A DNA stretch of 63,972 bases, filler included, from Anaerolineae bacterium (GTDB taxonomy: Bacteria > Chloroflexota > Anaerolineae > B4-G1 > DUEL01), in assembly GCA_041082215.1 (NCBI GenBank). It is 8 parts of 7 records of this genome, joined end to end, with 100 filler letters (N's around TTAATTAATTAA, not from the genome) between each part and the next. Parts side by side here need not be neighbours in the genome. Positions count along the whole stretch, not along the records: positions 1 to 11,292 come from JBDOIF010000022.1; 7 more parts are not named here. One strand, 5' to 3'. Positions 1 through 11,070 of this stretch are shown in pieces (the first letter of the stretch is position 1; each line of letters starts with the position of its first letter). A program made the position numbers and the translations under genes. The notes beneath the pieces were generated by a model that ran no database searches, was not told where the DNA came from, and saw only the letters and a list, made by a program, of their open reading frames with translations.

Positions 1-474
<474 letters not shown>

Positions 475-517
475 CGCCAATCCTCCCTTGCATCCTCTTT
501 GCCTCAGCGGCGAGCTT

Positions 518-2938
518 TCAGTTCCGCAAAGGCTTGCCGGTCTGGAGCATGTGCCAGATCCGCTCTATCGTCTTCTGCTCGCCCAGCAGCGAGAGGAACG
601 CCTCCCGCTCCAGATCCAGGATGTACTGGGCATCCACCCACTGGGGCTGGCTCAGTTTCCCGCCGCAGAGGATGTAGGCCAGTTTGTTGGCAATCAGGGC
701 GTCGTGTTCGGAGGCGTAGCCGGCTTCTTTCATACTCCAGACCAGGATTTCCAGCGCGGCCAGGCCGTTGGACCCCATCGCCCAGACCTGCTCGCGGATG
801 GCCGGACGGTAGCCAGATTCGGCCAGCTCCAGCACCATTCGCTTCGCCTCATGCAGCAGGTGGTCCCGGTTCATCACCACCCGGTCGGACGGGGAGAGGA
901 AGCCCCATTGCCGCGCCTCCTCCGCGCTGCTGGAGACTTTGGCCAGGGCGATCATCTCGAAGACCTTCTGCAGGAAAGGCAGGGGGTCGGCCTCGGGGGC
1001 GTAGCGGACCACCGGGGAGACGATGCGGCGGAGGAGTTCCTTGCAGCCCCCGCCGGCTGGCACCACCCCCACGCCGACCTCTACCTGACCGATGTAGGAT
1101 TCGGCGGCGGCGCAGATGGCCGAGGCCCCCATCATCACCTCTGCCCCGCCGCCCAGCACCATCCCGAAGGGAGCGCTGACCACCGGCCTGGGGCTGAGGC
1201 GGAAAGCCATTACGGCGTCCTGCAATCCCTTGACGGTGGCCTCCAACTGCCCCCACTCCCCCGCCTGAGCGGCCATCGCTACCATAAAGAGGTTGGCCCC
1301 GGCGCAGAAGTGTTCCCCTTCGTTGCCGATCACCATCCCTACCCAGTCCTTCTCCAGCTCCTCCCGGGCGCGGCCCATCATGGCGATGATGTCCGCATCC
1401 AGACTGTTCATCTTGGAATGGAATTCCAGGCAGAGGACGCCATCGCCCAGGTCGGCCAGGCTGGCGCTGGGGTTTTCGGCGATCACCCGCCGTCTGTCTG
1501 CCTTCAGGCCCTTGAGGAGGATGATCCGGGGGTCGGCCTCGGCGGCGACATACCCCTTCCGGACCGGATCATAGGTGAGCAACCGGCCGTTCTCCTGCTT
1601 GTAGAAGGTGGTGTACCCGGCTGCCAGCATCTCCTTGACCCAGGGGGTCACCTCGATCCCCTCGGCCTCCATCCGCTCCGCCGTCTCCGGTACGCCCAGC
1701 GCGTCCCATATCTCGAAGGGGCCCAGCTCGTGGTTGAAGCCCCACTTGACGGCGTTGTCTACCGAGAGGATGTCGTCGGCCACTTCGGGGATGATGTAGG
1801 CAGCATAGTTGAGGCCGAAGGCGATGGTCCGCCAGATGAACTCGGCCGCCCGGTCCTCCTCGGCGCAGAGCCGTTTGATCCGCTCGCCGGTGTTCTCCAC
1901 GTCCTTGTGCTTCCCCACCGACTCAAAGCGGACCTTGGAGGGGGGCTGATGCTCCATCGTCTCCAGGTCCAGCTCCCAGAACTCCCGCTCTCCGTCCTGG
2001 GTGACCCCCTTGTAGAACCCCTGCCCGGCCTTATTGCCCAGCCATCCCCGCCCGATCATCCCCTCAACGAGGGCGACCGTCCTGGGATGGCGCAGTTGCT
2101 CCCGATAGGGATCGTGGGGGATGGCCGGGTAGAGGTTGTTGTTGACGTGGGCCATCACATCCAGCCCCACCAGGTCGAGCAGCCGAAAGGTAGCGGTCTT
2201 CGGCCGACCGATGAGGGGGCCGGTGAGGGTGTCCACCTCCTTCACCGTGTAGCCGTGCTCCAGCGCGTAGTTGAGCGTATAGGCGCCGGTCACCGAGAAG
2301 AACCGGTTGGCGATGAAGTTGGGCCGGTCCTTGCAGACCACCACGCCTTTTCCCAGCGTGCGGGTGGCGAACACTTTCATGAATTCCAGGACCTCGGGCA
2401 GGGTCCGTTCGTGGGGGATGATCTCCAGCAGTTTGAGGTAGCGGGGCGGGTTGAAGAAGTGGGTGCCCAGGAAGTGGGCCTGGAAGTCCCCGGAGCGGCC
2501 CTCGGCGATGGCCTGGATGGGGATGCCGGAGGTATTGGTGCTGACGATGCTGCCGGGTTTGCGGACCTCTTCGATGCGGGCCATGATCTGCTGTTTGACG
2601 TCCAGCCGCTCGACGACTGCCTCGACGATCCAGTCGGCCTCGCCCACCCAGCCGAAGTTATCCTCCAGGTTGCCCAGGGTGACGTACTCGGCCCGGTCGG
2701 CGGCGAAGAGGTTGGACGGCCGGGCTTTAAGGCAGCGCTCCCACCCCTGGCGGACGATCCGGTTGCGGACCTGGGGACTCTCCAGCGTGAGTCCCCCCGC
2801 CTTCTCCTCGGGCGTCAGTTCCTGCGGGGCGATGTCCAGCAGGACCGAGGGGATGCCCGCGTTGGCCAGGTGGGCCGCGATCGCTGCTCCCATCGTCCCG
2901 GCCCCGATCACTGCGACGCGGTTGATTCGGTAGCTCAT
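518..2938 (-). CDS. fadN: 3-hydroxyacyl-CoA dehydrogenase / enoyl-CoA hydratase fusion (FadN-type)
   Basis: [11 protein letters not shown]ossmann motif, [23 protein letters not shown], and a C-terminal crotonase domain (FCAGANL, GGGAE). Confidence 0.92.
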   Translation of the reverse strand: MSYRINRVAVIGAGTMGAAIAAHLANAGIPSVLLDIAPQELTPEEKAGGLTLESPQVRNRIVRQGWERCLKARPSNLFAADRAEYVTLGNLEDNFGWVGEADWIVEAVVERLDVKQQIMARIEEVRKPGSIVSTNTSGIPIQAIAEGRSGDFQAHFLGTHFFNPPRYLKLLEIIPHERTLPEVLEFMKVFATRTLGKGVVVCKDRPNFIANRFFSVTGAYTLNYALEHGYTVKEVDTLTGPLIGRPKTATFRLLDLVGLDVMAHVNNNLYPAIPHDPYREQLRHPRTVALVEGMIGRGWLGNKAGQGFYKGVTQDGEREFWELDLETMEHQPPSKVRFESVGKHKDVENTGERIKRLCAEEDRAAEFIWRTIAFGLNYAAYIIPEVADDILSVDNAVKWGFNHELGPFEIWDALGVPETAERMEAEGIEVTPWVKEMLAAGYTTFYKQENGRLLTYDPVRKGYVAAEADPRIILLKGLKADRRRVIAENPSASLADLGDGVLCLEFHSKMNSLDADIIAMMGRAREELEKDWVGMVIGNEGEHFCAGANLFMVAMAAQAGEWGQLEATVKGLQDAVMAFRLSPRPVVSAPFGMVLGGGAEVMMGASAICAAAESYIGQVEVGVGVVPAGGGCKELLRRIVSPVVRYAPEADPLPFLQKVFEMIALAKVSSSAEEARQWGFLSPSDRVVMNRDHLLHEAKRMVLELAESGYRPAIREQVWAMGSNGLAALEILVWSMKEAGYASEHDALIANKLAYILCGGKLSQPQWVDAQYILDLEREAFLSLLGEQKTIERIWHMLQTGKPLRN

Positions 2939-2971
2939 AGCAGGCCCTCCTTACGTGCTATGTATGACGTG

Positions 2972-4423
2972 TTACGTATGGCTTATTCCGTGCTCCGTGA
3001 TGCGTTTGGCCAGTTGCTTCTTCGACTCCAGGTCGGCCAGGCGGCCGATCATGATGACCTGGGCCTCGGGGGAGCCTGCACCGTGCAGCGACTCGGCCAG
3101 GTAGCCGACAGCCCCCGTGCCCAGGGTCAGGTTCTCGATCAGGCGGAGGATGCGCATCCGCTCCTCGGTGGTGACCTCTGCCACGCCGCGCAGGTATTTT
3201 TCCACCAGTGGCCCGATCTCGGGGTGGCGCAGGTCCTTCTCCGAGGGCATCGTCACCATCAGCCCGCCAGCGATGTCCTGGGCCAGACGGGCAAGTTCGT
3301 AGGGGAAGCGGGTGACGTTCTGTTTGCAGACGTTGGCCAGCAGGAGGTCAACCAGGTAGGTGCCGGAGGGGGTGCTGGTGCCGGCGGCGGAGCAGGCCAG
3401 CCCACAGGCGAACAGCGTCTCGTTCAGGTGGACCATTTCCGCCAGTTTCCGCCGCACGTGGGAGGCCCTCTCCACCCCCGCGTACTCGGCGGCCAGCGCC
3501 GCAGCCCCGATCAGCACGTCCCCCACGCCGGACTTGCACCCGCCGTAGCTCTGCCGGTGGTAGCCAGCGAACCGCTCGACCAGCGTGCGGGTGAATTGCC
3601 ACTCGCCGTCCATAAAGACCCGCTCGCGGGGCACAAACACGTCGTTGAAGACCACCAGCGCCTCGTGCCCGCCAAAGGCCGGGTTGCCCACGTCCAGTGA
3701 GCTTCCTTCCAGCTTGCGGGTGTCCGACGCCTGGCGGCCCAGGATGTGGACGATGCCCGGGGCGTCGCTGGGGACGGCGAAGGCGACGGCATAGTCCTCC
3801 TCCCCCTCCTGCATTGCCAGAGTGGGCATCACCACGATCTCGTGGGAGAAGACAGCGCCGGTCTGGTGGGCCTTGGCGCCGCGGACGACGATGCCGTCGG
3901 GCCGCCGTTCGGCGACGTGCAGATAGAGGTCGGGGTCGGCCTGCTCGAGGGGCCGGCGGGACCGATCTCCTTTGACGTCGGTCATCGCGCCGTTGAGGAC
4001 GAGGTCCTCGGCCTGGACGTAGCGCAGGTACTCCAGGAACCGGGCGTGGTAGTCGGTGCCCAGGGCCTGGTCCATCTCGAAGGTGGTGGACTCCAGGGCG
4101 TTGAGGGCGTCCCACCCCACGCACCGCTGAAAGCAGGTCCCGGTCTCCTGCCCCAGGACCCGCAGCGCCCGCACCTTGTCCATCAGGTCGCGGGGGGAAC
4201 GGTGGAGGCTGGTGAAGCAGTTAACCGGCTCTCCGGCCACCCCCTGACGGACGAAGAGACCGTGGAGGTGGGGGTCGTGGGCCAGTTCGTAGGTGCGGGC
4301 CAGGGCGTTGAGGGAGGGGCGGAGGATGGGGTGGTCGGTGGGCGCTTCGACCCGCTCGCCGAGGACGTAGAGTTCCCGGCGCAGCTTCCGCAGGCTCTCG
4401 ACGAACTCCTGAGCTGTCTTCAT
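2972..4423 (-). CDS. abfD: 4-hydroxybutyryl-CoA dehydratase / vinylacetyl-CoA isomerase family
   Basis: TCFQRCVGWD and HRQSYGGCK (Fe-S ligand motifs), AMTDVKGDRS, ESLHGAGSPEAQ. Start placed at the ATG of MKTAQ, after a GGAG RBS. Confidence 0.85.
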   Translation of the reverse strand: MKTAQEFVESLRKLRRELYVLGERVEAPTDHPILRPSLNALARTYELAHDPHLHGLFVRQGVAGEPVNCFTSLHRSPRDLMDKVRALRVLGQETGTCFQRCVGWDALNALESTTFEMDQALGTDYHARFLEYLRYVQAEDLVLNGAMTDVKGDRSRRPLEQADPDLYLHVAERRPDGIVVRGAKAHQTGAVFSHEIVVMPTLAMQEGEEDYAVAFAVPSDAPGIVHILGRQASDTRKLEGSSLDVGNPAFGGHEALVVFNDVFVPRERVFMDGEWQFTRTLVERFAGYHRQSYGGCKSGVGDVLIGAAALAAEYAGVERASHVRRKLAEMVHLNETLFACGLACSAAGTSTPSGTYLVDLLLANVCKQNVTRFPYELARLAQDIAGGLMVTMPSEKDLRHPEIGPLVEKYLRGVAEVTTEERMRILRLIENLTLGTGAVGYLAESLHGAGSPEAQVIMIGRLADLESKKQLAKRITEHGISHT

Positions 4424-4519
4424 CGGCGCTCCTTGTCTTACCACAGAGGCGCAGAGGGCACAGAGTTTCTCAGAAGTCCGTTTTCCCTTTGCGCTCTCTG
4501 TGCTTCTGTGGCGATTCTT

Positions 4520-5440
4520 TCATCCCGCGTGTGCGGCTTCGGCATGGCGGGCGATGGCATCAATGATGCGGGGGGCGAGGGCCGGGGGGATGTCGTGGCC
4601 CATCCCCGCGATGATCATCAGCCGCGCCCCCGGGATCGCCTGTGCTGTGTCCATCCCTCCCTCCACCGGCACGAGCGGGTCGGCGTCGCCGTGGATGACC
4701 AGGGTGGGCACCCGGACGGAGCGGAGCCGTTCCCGGCGGCTTTCCGAGGCGAGGATGGCGGCCAGTTGGCGGACCGTACCGCCCAGGCTCAGGCCCCGGT
4801 CGAAGGCGCGGGCGGCCTGCTGACGCGCGCGGGCCTCGTCGAAGGGGAAGCCCGGACCGCTGAGGACCCGCCAGGAACGGACCTCGTGTTCAATGTACCC
4901 TTCCCGGTCGGTGGGGAACGGGGTGACCAGGAGTGCGGCCGCCTCTGGCTTCGACGGCGGCAGGTCCGGTGCGCCAGTGGAGGACATGATGGAGGTCAAC
5001 GTGAGCAGCCGATGGGGGTGGCGGATCGCCATCTCCTGGGCGATGAAGCCACCCATCGAGACCCCCACCACGTGGGCCTTGGAAATGCCCAGCGCGTCCA
5101 TCAACCCCGCTGTGTCGTCCGCCATATCCCGCAGGGTATAGGGGGCCTCCACCGGCTCCCCCCGGGCCTTGCGTTGCATCATTTCCAGCACATTGGGTAT
5201 GCCCATGTCGTCGAGATGGGTCGAAAGCCCCACATCCCGGTTGTCGAAGCGGACCACCCAGAAGCCCCTGGCGGCCAGGGCCTGGCAGAACGGTTCCTCC
5301 CAACCGATCATTTGCTGGCCCAGGCCCATAATCAACAGCATTGGCGGCGCGGCGGGGTCGCCGAAGGCATCGTAGGCCAGCTCGATCCCCTCGTTCACCC
5401 GTGCTCTGGCCAGCGGCATATAGGGAATCTCTTCAACCAT
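4520..5440 (-). CDS. Alpha/beta fold hydrolase (esterase/lipase-like)
   Basis: GVSMGG nucleophile elbow, RFDNRDVGLS, HGDADPLV, GMGHD. Confidence 0.9.
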   Translation of the reverse strand: MVEEIPYMPLARARVNEGIELAYDAFGDPAAPPMLLIMGLGQQMIGWEEPFCQALAARGFWVVRFDNRDVGLSTHLDDMGIPNVLEMMQRKARGEPVEAPYTLRDMADDTAGLMDALGISKAHVVGVSMGGFIAQEMAIRHPHRLLTLTSIMSSTGAPDLPPSKPEAAALLVTPFPTDREGYIEHEVRSWRVLSGPGFPFDEARARQQAARAFDRGLSLGGTVRQLAAILASESRRERLRSVRVPTLVIHGDADPLVPVEGGMDTAQAIPGARLMIIAGMGHDIPPALAPRIIDAIARHAEAAHAG

Positions 5441-5446
5441 CGTCCT

Positions 5447-7141
5447 TCAACCTCCTGTTTCCCCTTCTCGCAGCGCCCGACGCAGCACCTTGCCCACCAG
5501 CGTCTTGGGCAGTTCATCCCGGAACTCGACGAACCGGGGGACCTTGTAGGGGGCCAGCCGCTCCTGGCAGAAGGCGATGATCTCCTCCGCGGTGGCGGTC
5601 TCTCCCTCTTTGAGGACGATGAAGACCTTGACCCGTTCCCCCTTGTCCGGGACAAAGACGCCCACGGCGGCCGCCTCCCGGACTTTGGGGTGCTGGTAGA
5701 GCGCCTCTTCGATCTCCCGCGGGTAGACGTTAAAACCGCCCGCGCCGAGGATCATGTCCTTCTTCCGGTCCACGATGCGGAAGTAGCCGTCTTCGTCCAT
5801 TACGGCGATGTCGCCGGTGTAGAGCCAGGGGGGGCCGCCTTCGGGGTCGGGGCGGAGGACCTGGGCGGTCTCCTCCGGCCGGTTCCAGTATCCCTTCATC
5901 ACCTGTGGGCCACGGACGCACAGTTCGCCCGCCTCGCCGACGGGCAGTTCCCGCTCTCCGGTCTCCACGTCCACGATCCTGGCCTCCGTATCCGGCCAGG
6001 GGATGCCGATGGTGCCGATCCGGTTCTCGCCGAAGGCGGGGTTGCTGTGGGTGACCGGGGAGGCCTCGCTGAGGCCGTACCCTTCGACCAGGCGGGCGCC
6101 GGTCAGCGCCTGGAACCGCTCCTGCACCTCCACCGGCAGGGGGGCCGCGCCGCTGCAACAGGCGCGGATGGAGGTCAGATCGTATTTCTTAACGTCAGGG
6201 TGGTTGTTGATGGCGATGTACATCGCCGGGACGCCAGGGTAGTAAGCCGGACGGTGCCTGTGGATGTTCTTCAGGATGTCGTCGAGATCGCGCGGGTCGG
6301 GGATGAGGATCATCGTCCCGCCGCTGACGACGCTGACGTTCATACACATCGTCATTCCGTAGCTGTGGAAGAGGGGGAGCGTTGTCAGTGTTCGGTCCTC
6401 CCCCTCTTTGGCGTTCACCCACACCTTGGCCTGGTAGGCGTTGGCGAAGAGGTTGCCGTGGGTCAGTTCGGCCCCCTTGGGCACTCCCGTGGTGCCGCCG
6501 GTGTACATCAGCACCGCTGTATCCCCCCAGCTCAGCTCCACCGGCTCTGGGCGGCCCGGCCGGGCCAGCAGATCGGTGAACCAGCGGGTATCGGCATCGC
6601 CGGAGATGTCCACCCGGTGGCCGGTTTTCTTCTCCATCAGCAGGGTGAACAGCAACCGCAGGAGCGGCGGGAAGTAGGTCTTGATCTGGGCAACGATCAC
6701 GTGACGGAGCGGGGTCTCAGAGCGGATCTCCCGGATGCGCGGGTAGGTCGAACTGAGGGTTACGATCACCTCCGCCCCGGAGTCGTTCAGTTGCAGGGCG
6801 ATCTCATGGGCGGTGTAGATGGGGTTGCAGGGGACGACGATGCCGCCGATGCGCAGGGTAGCGTAGTAGGCGATGGGGAATTGGGGGCAGTTGGGAAGAT
6901 GAACGGCGACCCGGTCACCTTTGTGCACGCCCAGCCCCTGCAGCGCCGCCCCGAACCGGTCCACCGCTTCATCGAACTCGCGGTAGGTGATCACGCTGCC
7001 TTTGAAGATCATCGCTGGCTGGTCGGGGTTCTCCTGCGCGGTCTGCCGGAGGGCTTCCGGCAGGGTCATCCGGGGGTAATCCAGGCGGGGTGGCACGTAG
7101 GGTTCGTAGAATTTCAGCCAGGGCTTTTCCCTGTAGGCCAT
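5447..7141 (-). CDS. fadD: Long-chain fatty acid--CoA ligase
   Basis: YTGGTTGVPKG AMP-binding motif, EGYGLSE, TGDIA...DRKKDMI, PKTLVGK. Confidence 0.92.
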   Translation of the reverse strand: MAYREKPWLKFYEPYVPPRLDYPRMTLPEALRQTAQENPDQPAMIFKGSVITYREFDEAVDRFGAALQGLGVHKGDRVAVHLPNCPQFPIAYYATLRIGGIVVPCNPIYTAHEIALQLNDSGAEVIVTLSSTYPRIREIRSETPLRHVIVAQIKTYFPPLLRLLFTLLMEKKTGHRVDISGDADTRWFTDLLARPGRPEPVELSWGDTAVLMYTGGTTGVPKGAELTHGNLFANAYQAKVWVNAKEGEDRTLTTLPLFHSYGMTMCMNVSVVSGGTMILIPDPRDLDDILKNIHRHRPAYYPGVPAMYIAINNHPDVKKYDLTSIRACCSGAAPLPVEVQERFQALTGARLVEGYGLSEASPVTHSNPAFGENRIGTIGIPWPDTEARIVDVETGERELPVGEAGELCVRGPQVMKGYWNRPEETAQVLRPDPEGGPPWLYTGDIAVMDEDGYFRIVDRKKDMILGAGGFNVYPREIEEALYQHPKVREAAAVGVFVPDKGERVKVFIVLKEGETATAEEIIAFCQERLAPYKVPRFVEFRDELPKTLVGKVLRRALREGETGG

Positions 7142-7394
7142 CGCACACCTCCTGACCTTGGCAGAAGACCGGTTAAACGAGGAAAAACCACGACGGCTAC
7201 TTTTAGTTTAGGCTGACAGGGGGAAAGTGTCAAGTCTGGGCTTCGGACAGGAGTTCGGACGGGGTGGGAGAGCGGCCCTCACCCCTTCCCCTACCGGGGG
7301 GGGCCAGAGGGTGGGGTGAGGGGGGTGGGGTGAGGTCAGAAGCGGCCGATGAGCGGTTGTGTCCGCACTCACGTCCAAACTTCAGTCAAGTCCC

Positions 7395-7422
7395 TTGACA
7401 GGGCAGGGGAGTATGTTATGAT
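7395..7422 (+). promoter_or_regulatory. Sigma70-type promoter of rnpB
   Basis: TTGACA (7395-7400), 16 nt, then TATGAT (7417-7422) with a TGn extension, 6 nt before the RNase P RNA 5' end. Confidence 0.7.
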
Positions 7423-7428
7423 GAAGAA

Positions 7429-7855
7429 GCACCCAGGTTGGCCGGGCGGTCGCGCTCCGTCCCTGGGGCGGGGTGAGGAAAGTCCGGGCTCCGCAGGGCA
7501 CGGTGCTGGGTAACACCCAGGCGGGGTAACCCGACGGACAGGGCCACAGAAACAGACCGCCGGCGGGCAGGCGGCCGAAGGGCTGCCAGTGCTGCGGGTA
7601 AGGGTGAAAAGGTGGTGTAAGAGACCACCGGCGTCTGGGGTGACCCGGGCGGCCAGGCAACCCCCACCGGGAGCAAGGCCAAGCAGGGGCAACGTAGGGG
7701 GGAGGCTTGTCCTCATCCCTACACGGGGCGGCCCGTCCCGTCCGAGCCCCGGGTAGGCCGCAGGAGGCGGCGGGCAACCGCCGTCCCAGATAGATGACCG
7801 CCGCCCTGGCCCCGTGCCGGGGTACAGAACCCGGCTTACAGGCCGACCTGGGTGC
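7429..7855 (+). ncRNA. rnpB: RNase P RNA (bacterial type A)
   Basis: Conserved GAGGAAAGTCCGGGCTCC, GGGCCACAGAAA, GGTGTAAGAG, GAGCAAGGCCAA, AGATAGATGACCGCC and ACAGAACCCGGCTTACAGGCC. Terminal P1 helix GCACCCAGGTTGGCC / GGCCGACCTGGGTGC. Confidence 0.97.
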
Positions 7856-7899
7856 AGGGGATGTGCCTTTCCTCCGGGCTTTATGGGCCATCCGTCACC

Positions 7900-7958
7900 T
7901 TGACAGATGGGCAATTGGGTGTATAATCTGGCCATATCATATGCAATTATATGCATAT
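7900..7958 (+). promoter_or_regulatory. Consensus sigma70 promoter plus probable ArsR/SmtB operator
   Basis: TTGACA (7900-7905), 16 nt, TATAAT (7922-7927). Inverted repeat ATATGCA-N6-TGCATAT (7939-7958) lies just upstream of the ArsR-family gene. Confidence 0.75.
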
Positions 7959-7969
7959 AGTGAGGGCGT

Positions 7970-8341
7970 GTGAACAGAAGGTCTCACCGGGAGGCGGCCC
8001 GTTTGTTCAGCCTCCTCTCCCATCCGGTTCGGTTGCGTATTCTGGACGAGCTGCGGCGAGGGGAGGCTTGTGTCTGTCATCTGCAGGCCATCCTCAAGCG
8101 CCCCCAGCCGTACATTTCCCAGCAACTGCGCGTGTTGCGGGACGCTGGGGCGATCGAGAGCCACCGGCGGGGGTTGTACATCTACTACCGGCTGGCCGAT
8201 GAGCGGGTGGAAAGGCTGCTTCAGGAGACTCTGGGCCCTGCAGGGGAGCCTGAACCTGTCCTTTCCTGCACCTGCCCCCGATGCCATAAAGACAATGACC
8301 TGCCCCTGATCGGGGGCCCTTTCACAGTGGAGGTGAAATAG
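7970..8341 (+). CDS. ArsR/SmtB family transcriptional repressor
   Basis: LFSLLSHPVRLRIL...EACVCHL...QPYISQQLRVLRDAG winged HTH, with CVC and a C-terminal CTCPRC. Confidence 0.9.
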   Translation: MNRRSHREAARLFSLLSHPVRLRILDELRRGEACVCHLQAILKRPQPYISQQLRVLRDAGAIESHRRGLYIYYRLADERVERLLQETLGPAGEPEPVLSCTCPRCHKDNDLPLIGGPFTVEVK

Positions 8342-8548
8342 ATGACAGAACAGAAGGACAAAGAAGAACGGCCCGTGCAGTGCGCATGCGTGAAAGACCC
8401 CTTCCTCTCTCTGCCACCGGAACTGCGTCCGCGCCCCCAGAAGAAGAGCAGCCTGCGCAAGGCGACCTGTCCTGGCTGTGGCCTTGTGTTCTGGACCAAC
8501 CGGGAGACGGAATACTGTATGGAATGCGAGAGGAAAATGACCAAATGA
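8342..8548 (+). CDS. Small Cys-rich (zinc-ribbon-like) protein
   Basis: 68 aa with CAC, CPGC and CMEC. Starts immediately after the ArsR stop, with a GGAGG RBS. Confidence 0.65.
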   Translation: MTEQKDKEERPVQCACVKDPFLSLPPELRPRPQKKSSLRKATCPGCGLVFWTNRETEYCMECERKMTK

Positions 8549-8604
8549 CGAAATGACAGAATGACCGAATGACGGAACACGGAATACGAAATACGGAGGG
8601 TGAA

Positions 8605-10008
8605 GTGAGCGAGGTCTACGATGTCGCCATTCTGGGCGCGGGGCCCGGCGGGTACGTGGCCGCGCTGCGGGCCGCCCAACTGGGGATGCGCGTCGCACTG
8701 GTGGAGGAGAAGCGCGTCGGCGGGACGTGCCTCAACGTCGGCTGCATCCCGACAAAGGCGCTGGTCACCGCGACGGACCTGCTGGTCCGCGCCCGCCGCG
8801 CCGCCGAGTACGGCGTCCGCATCCCGGAGGCCGCGCCCGACCTGGAGGGGATGATGGCCTACCAGCGGGCCGCCGTGGAGCGACTGGTGGGCGGTGTGGA
8901 GCAGTTGCTGAAGGAGTGGAAGGTGATGGTGATCCGGGGCCGGGGCCGCCTGGTCCGCCCGGATGCCCTCGCCGTCACCGACGGGGCCGGGCAGACGGCG
9001 GAGGTCGTCGCCCGGAACATCATCCTGGCCCCCGGCTCGGTGACGGCCCGCCCGCCCATCCCGGGGCTGGACCTGCCCGGCGTGGTGACCAGTACGGAGG
9101 CGCTGGACGTCTCCACCCTCCCGGCCCACCTGATTGTCATCGGCGGCGGGGTCATCGGGCTGGAGTTCGCCTGCATCTACGAGGCGCTGGGAAGCCGCAT
9201 CACCGTCCTGGAGATGATGCCGAATCTCCTGCCCGGCGTGGCCGACGAGGCCATCGCCAAACGGCTGGCGGTTCTCCTGCGGCGGCGGGGAATGGACATC
9301 CGCACCGGCGCGACGGTCCAGGCCGTAGAGGAAGCGGAAGGCGGCCTGCGGGTCCGCTTCGCCACGGCGAAGGGCGAGGAGGCGGTGGAGGGCGACCGGA
9401 TCCTGCTGGCGACGGGCCGCTGGCCCAACACCGCCGACCTGGGACTGGAGGAAGCTGGCGTCCGGATGAACCGGCGCGCGGTCGCGGTGGACGAGTACCT
9501 GCGGACGAATATCCCTAACGTCTGGGCTATCGGCGACGCGGTGGGCGGGATGATGCTGGCGCACAAGGCTATGGTGGACGGGCGGGTGGCGGTGGAGAAC
9601 ATCGCCGGGCAGAGGCGGGCGGTGGACTACCGCTCCGTGCCCAGCGCTATCTTCACCTCGCCGGAGGTGGCGGGCGTCGGGCTGACGGAAGAGGGGGCCC
9701 GTCAGCAGGGCGCCGACGTCCGTGTGCTTCAGTTCCCTCTTTCCGCCAACCCTCGGGCCCAGATTCTGGGGGAAACGGAGGGGCTGGTCCGCATCGTCTG
9801 CGAGGCCGGGAGTGGCCGGGTGCTGGGCGTGCATATGATGGGTCCCCACGTCACCGAACTGATCGCCGAGGGGGCGCTGGCGGTGCAGACGGGGGCCACG
9901 GCGGACGACCTGGCCTGGACGACCCACGCCCACCCGACGCTGACCGAGGCCGTTCTGGAGGCCGCGCTGGGATTCTGGGGGGCGACCATCCATTATCACC
10001 GGAAGTAG
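8605..10008 (+). CDS. lpdA: Dihydrolipoyl dehydrogenase
   Basis: GAGPGG, GGTCLNVGCIPTK redox disulfide, IGGGVIGLE, HAHPTLTE. GTG start after GGAGG. Confidence 0.95.
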   Translation: MSEVYDVAILGAGPGGYVAALRAAQLGMRVALVEEKRVGGTCLNVGCIPTKALVTATDLLVRARRAAEYGVRIPEAAPDLEGMMAYQRAAVERLVGGVEQLLKEWKVMVIRGRGRLVRPDALAVTDGAGQTAEVVARNIILAPGSVTARPPIPGLDLPGVVTSTEALDVSTLPAHLIVIGGGVIGLEFACIYEALGSRITVLEMMPNLLPGVADEAIAKRLAVLLRRRGMDIRTGATVQAVEEAEGGLRVRFATAKGEEAVEGDRILLATGRWPNTADLGLEEAGVRMNRRAVAVDEYLRTNIPNVWAIGDAVGGMMLAHKAMVDGRVAVENIAGQRRAVDYRSVPSAIFTSPEVAGVGLTEEGARQQGADVRVLQFPLSANPRAQILGETEGLVRIVCEAGSGRVLGVHMMGPHVTELIAEGALAVQTGATADDLAWTTHAHPTLTEAVLEAALGFWGATIHYHRK

Positions 10009-10114
10009 GGGGTTTACCACGAAGACACCAGGACACGAAGGAATTGAAAATTAAGAATTAACGATTAAACTTCGTGTCTTTGTGTCTTGGTGGTTTCATC
10101 CACCTGGAGGGGCG

Positions 10115-10567
10115 ATGACCGAATTCCTGGAACTTGCCGTGGATAAGTTCGTTTTCCGGTTTGCGACGGATCGGTACTACCATCCGGAGGGGGTGTGGGC
10201 GCGGCCAGAGGGGGAGGGTCGGGTGCGCATCGGCCTTTCGGACTTCGCCCAGCAGTCGGGCGGCGACGTCGCCTTCGCCGAGGTGAAGCCGGTGGGGACG
10301 ACGGTGGCATTCGGCGACGAGGTCGCATCGGTGGAGACGATGAAGGCGGACATCGTCGTCCCGGCGCCGGTGGGCGGGACGGTGGCCGAGGTCAACCCCG
10401 CGCTGGAGACCGCGCCGGAGGTCATCAACGAAGACCCGTACGGCGAGGGCTGGCTGGCGGTCATAGCGGCCGCCGACTGGGAGGCCGACCGGGCCCGCCT
10501 TCTGGACGCGCAGGCGTATCGGGAGCGGGTGCGGGAAGTCGCCGGGGAAGAGATGAGGAAGAAGTAG
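10115..10567 (+). CDS. gcvH: Glycine cleavage H-like lipoyl carrier protein
   Basis: RIGLSDFAQ...GDVAF, SVETMKA (lipoyl-Lys), INEDPYGEGWL. Confidence 0.88.
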   Translation: MTEFLELAVDKFVFRFATDRYYHPEGVWARPEGEGRVRIGLSDFAQQSGGDVAFAEVKPVGTTVAFGDEVASVETMKADIVVPAPVGGTVAEVNPALETAPEVINEDPYGEGWLAVIAAADWEADRARLLDAQAYRERVREVAGEEMRKK

Positions 10568-10598
10568 CGCAAGATTCATCTTGCGGTCTGGAGGTGGG

Positions 10599-11000
10599 AT
10601 GAGTGGGAGAGTAGTGATTGTTCCCTGCAGCGGGATCGGCAAGACCTTCGGGACGGTGAGCCGGGAGGCGGCGTACACCGTGGTGGAGGACCTGTGCCCG
10701 GACCGGACCGAACTGGTCGCCCTTTCCCTGCTGGTCCTGGGGGACGAGGAAGCGCGTGCGGCGGTGGCGGGCCATCCCACCGTCACCATTGACGGCTGCC
10801 GTCTGGCCTGCGCGACCAAAATGGTGCAGGAGAGCGGCCTGCCCGTGGCCCGTTCCTTCACCGTCCTGGACGCCTTCCGGAAACACCGCGACCTGAAACC
10901 GGAGGGCATCTCGTCCCTCAACCCGGAGGGACAACAACTGGCCCGCGTCCTGGCGGAGGAGGTCGCAGAGGCCGTAGAAGCGCTGCAGGAGGAGGCGTAA
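10599..11000 (+). CDS. DGC-domain putative zinc-binding protein
   Basis: VPCSG...TIDGCRLACA motif pattern. Confidence 0.75.
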   Translation: MSGRVVIVPCSGIGKTFGTVSREAAYTVVEDLCPDRTELVALSLLVLGDEEARAAVAGHPTVTIDGCRLACATKMVQESGLPVARSFTVLDAFRKHRDLKPEGISSLNPEGQQLARVLAEEVAEAVEALQEEA

Positions 11001-11070
11001 CGGAGTACGGAGTACGGAGTACGTATTGCGTACTCCGTATTTCGTATTCCGTATTCCGTTGGAGGTGCCG

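Noticed and set aside
7369..7956. ORFs overlapping 7369-7956
   Set aside because: They overlap the RNase P RNA gene and have no protein-like features.
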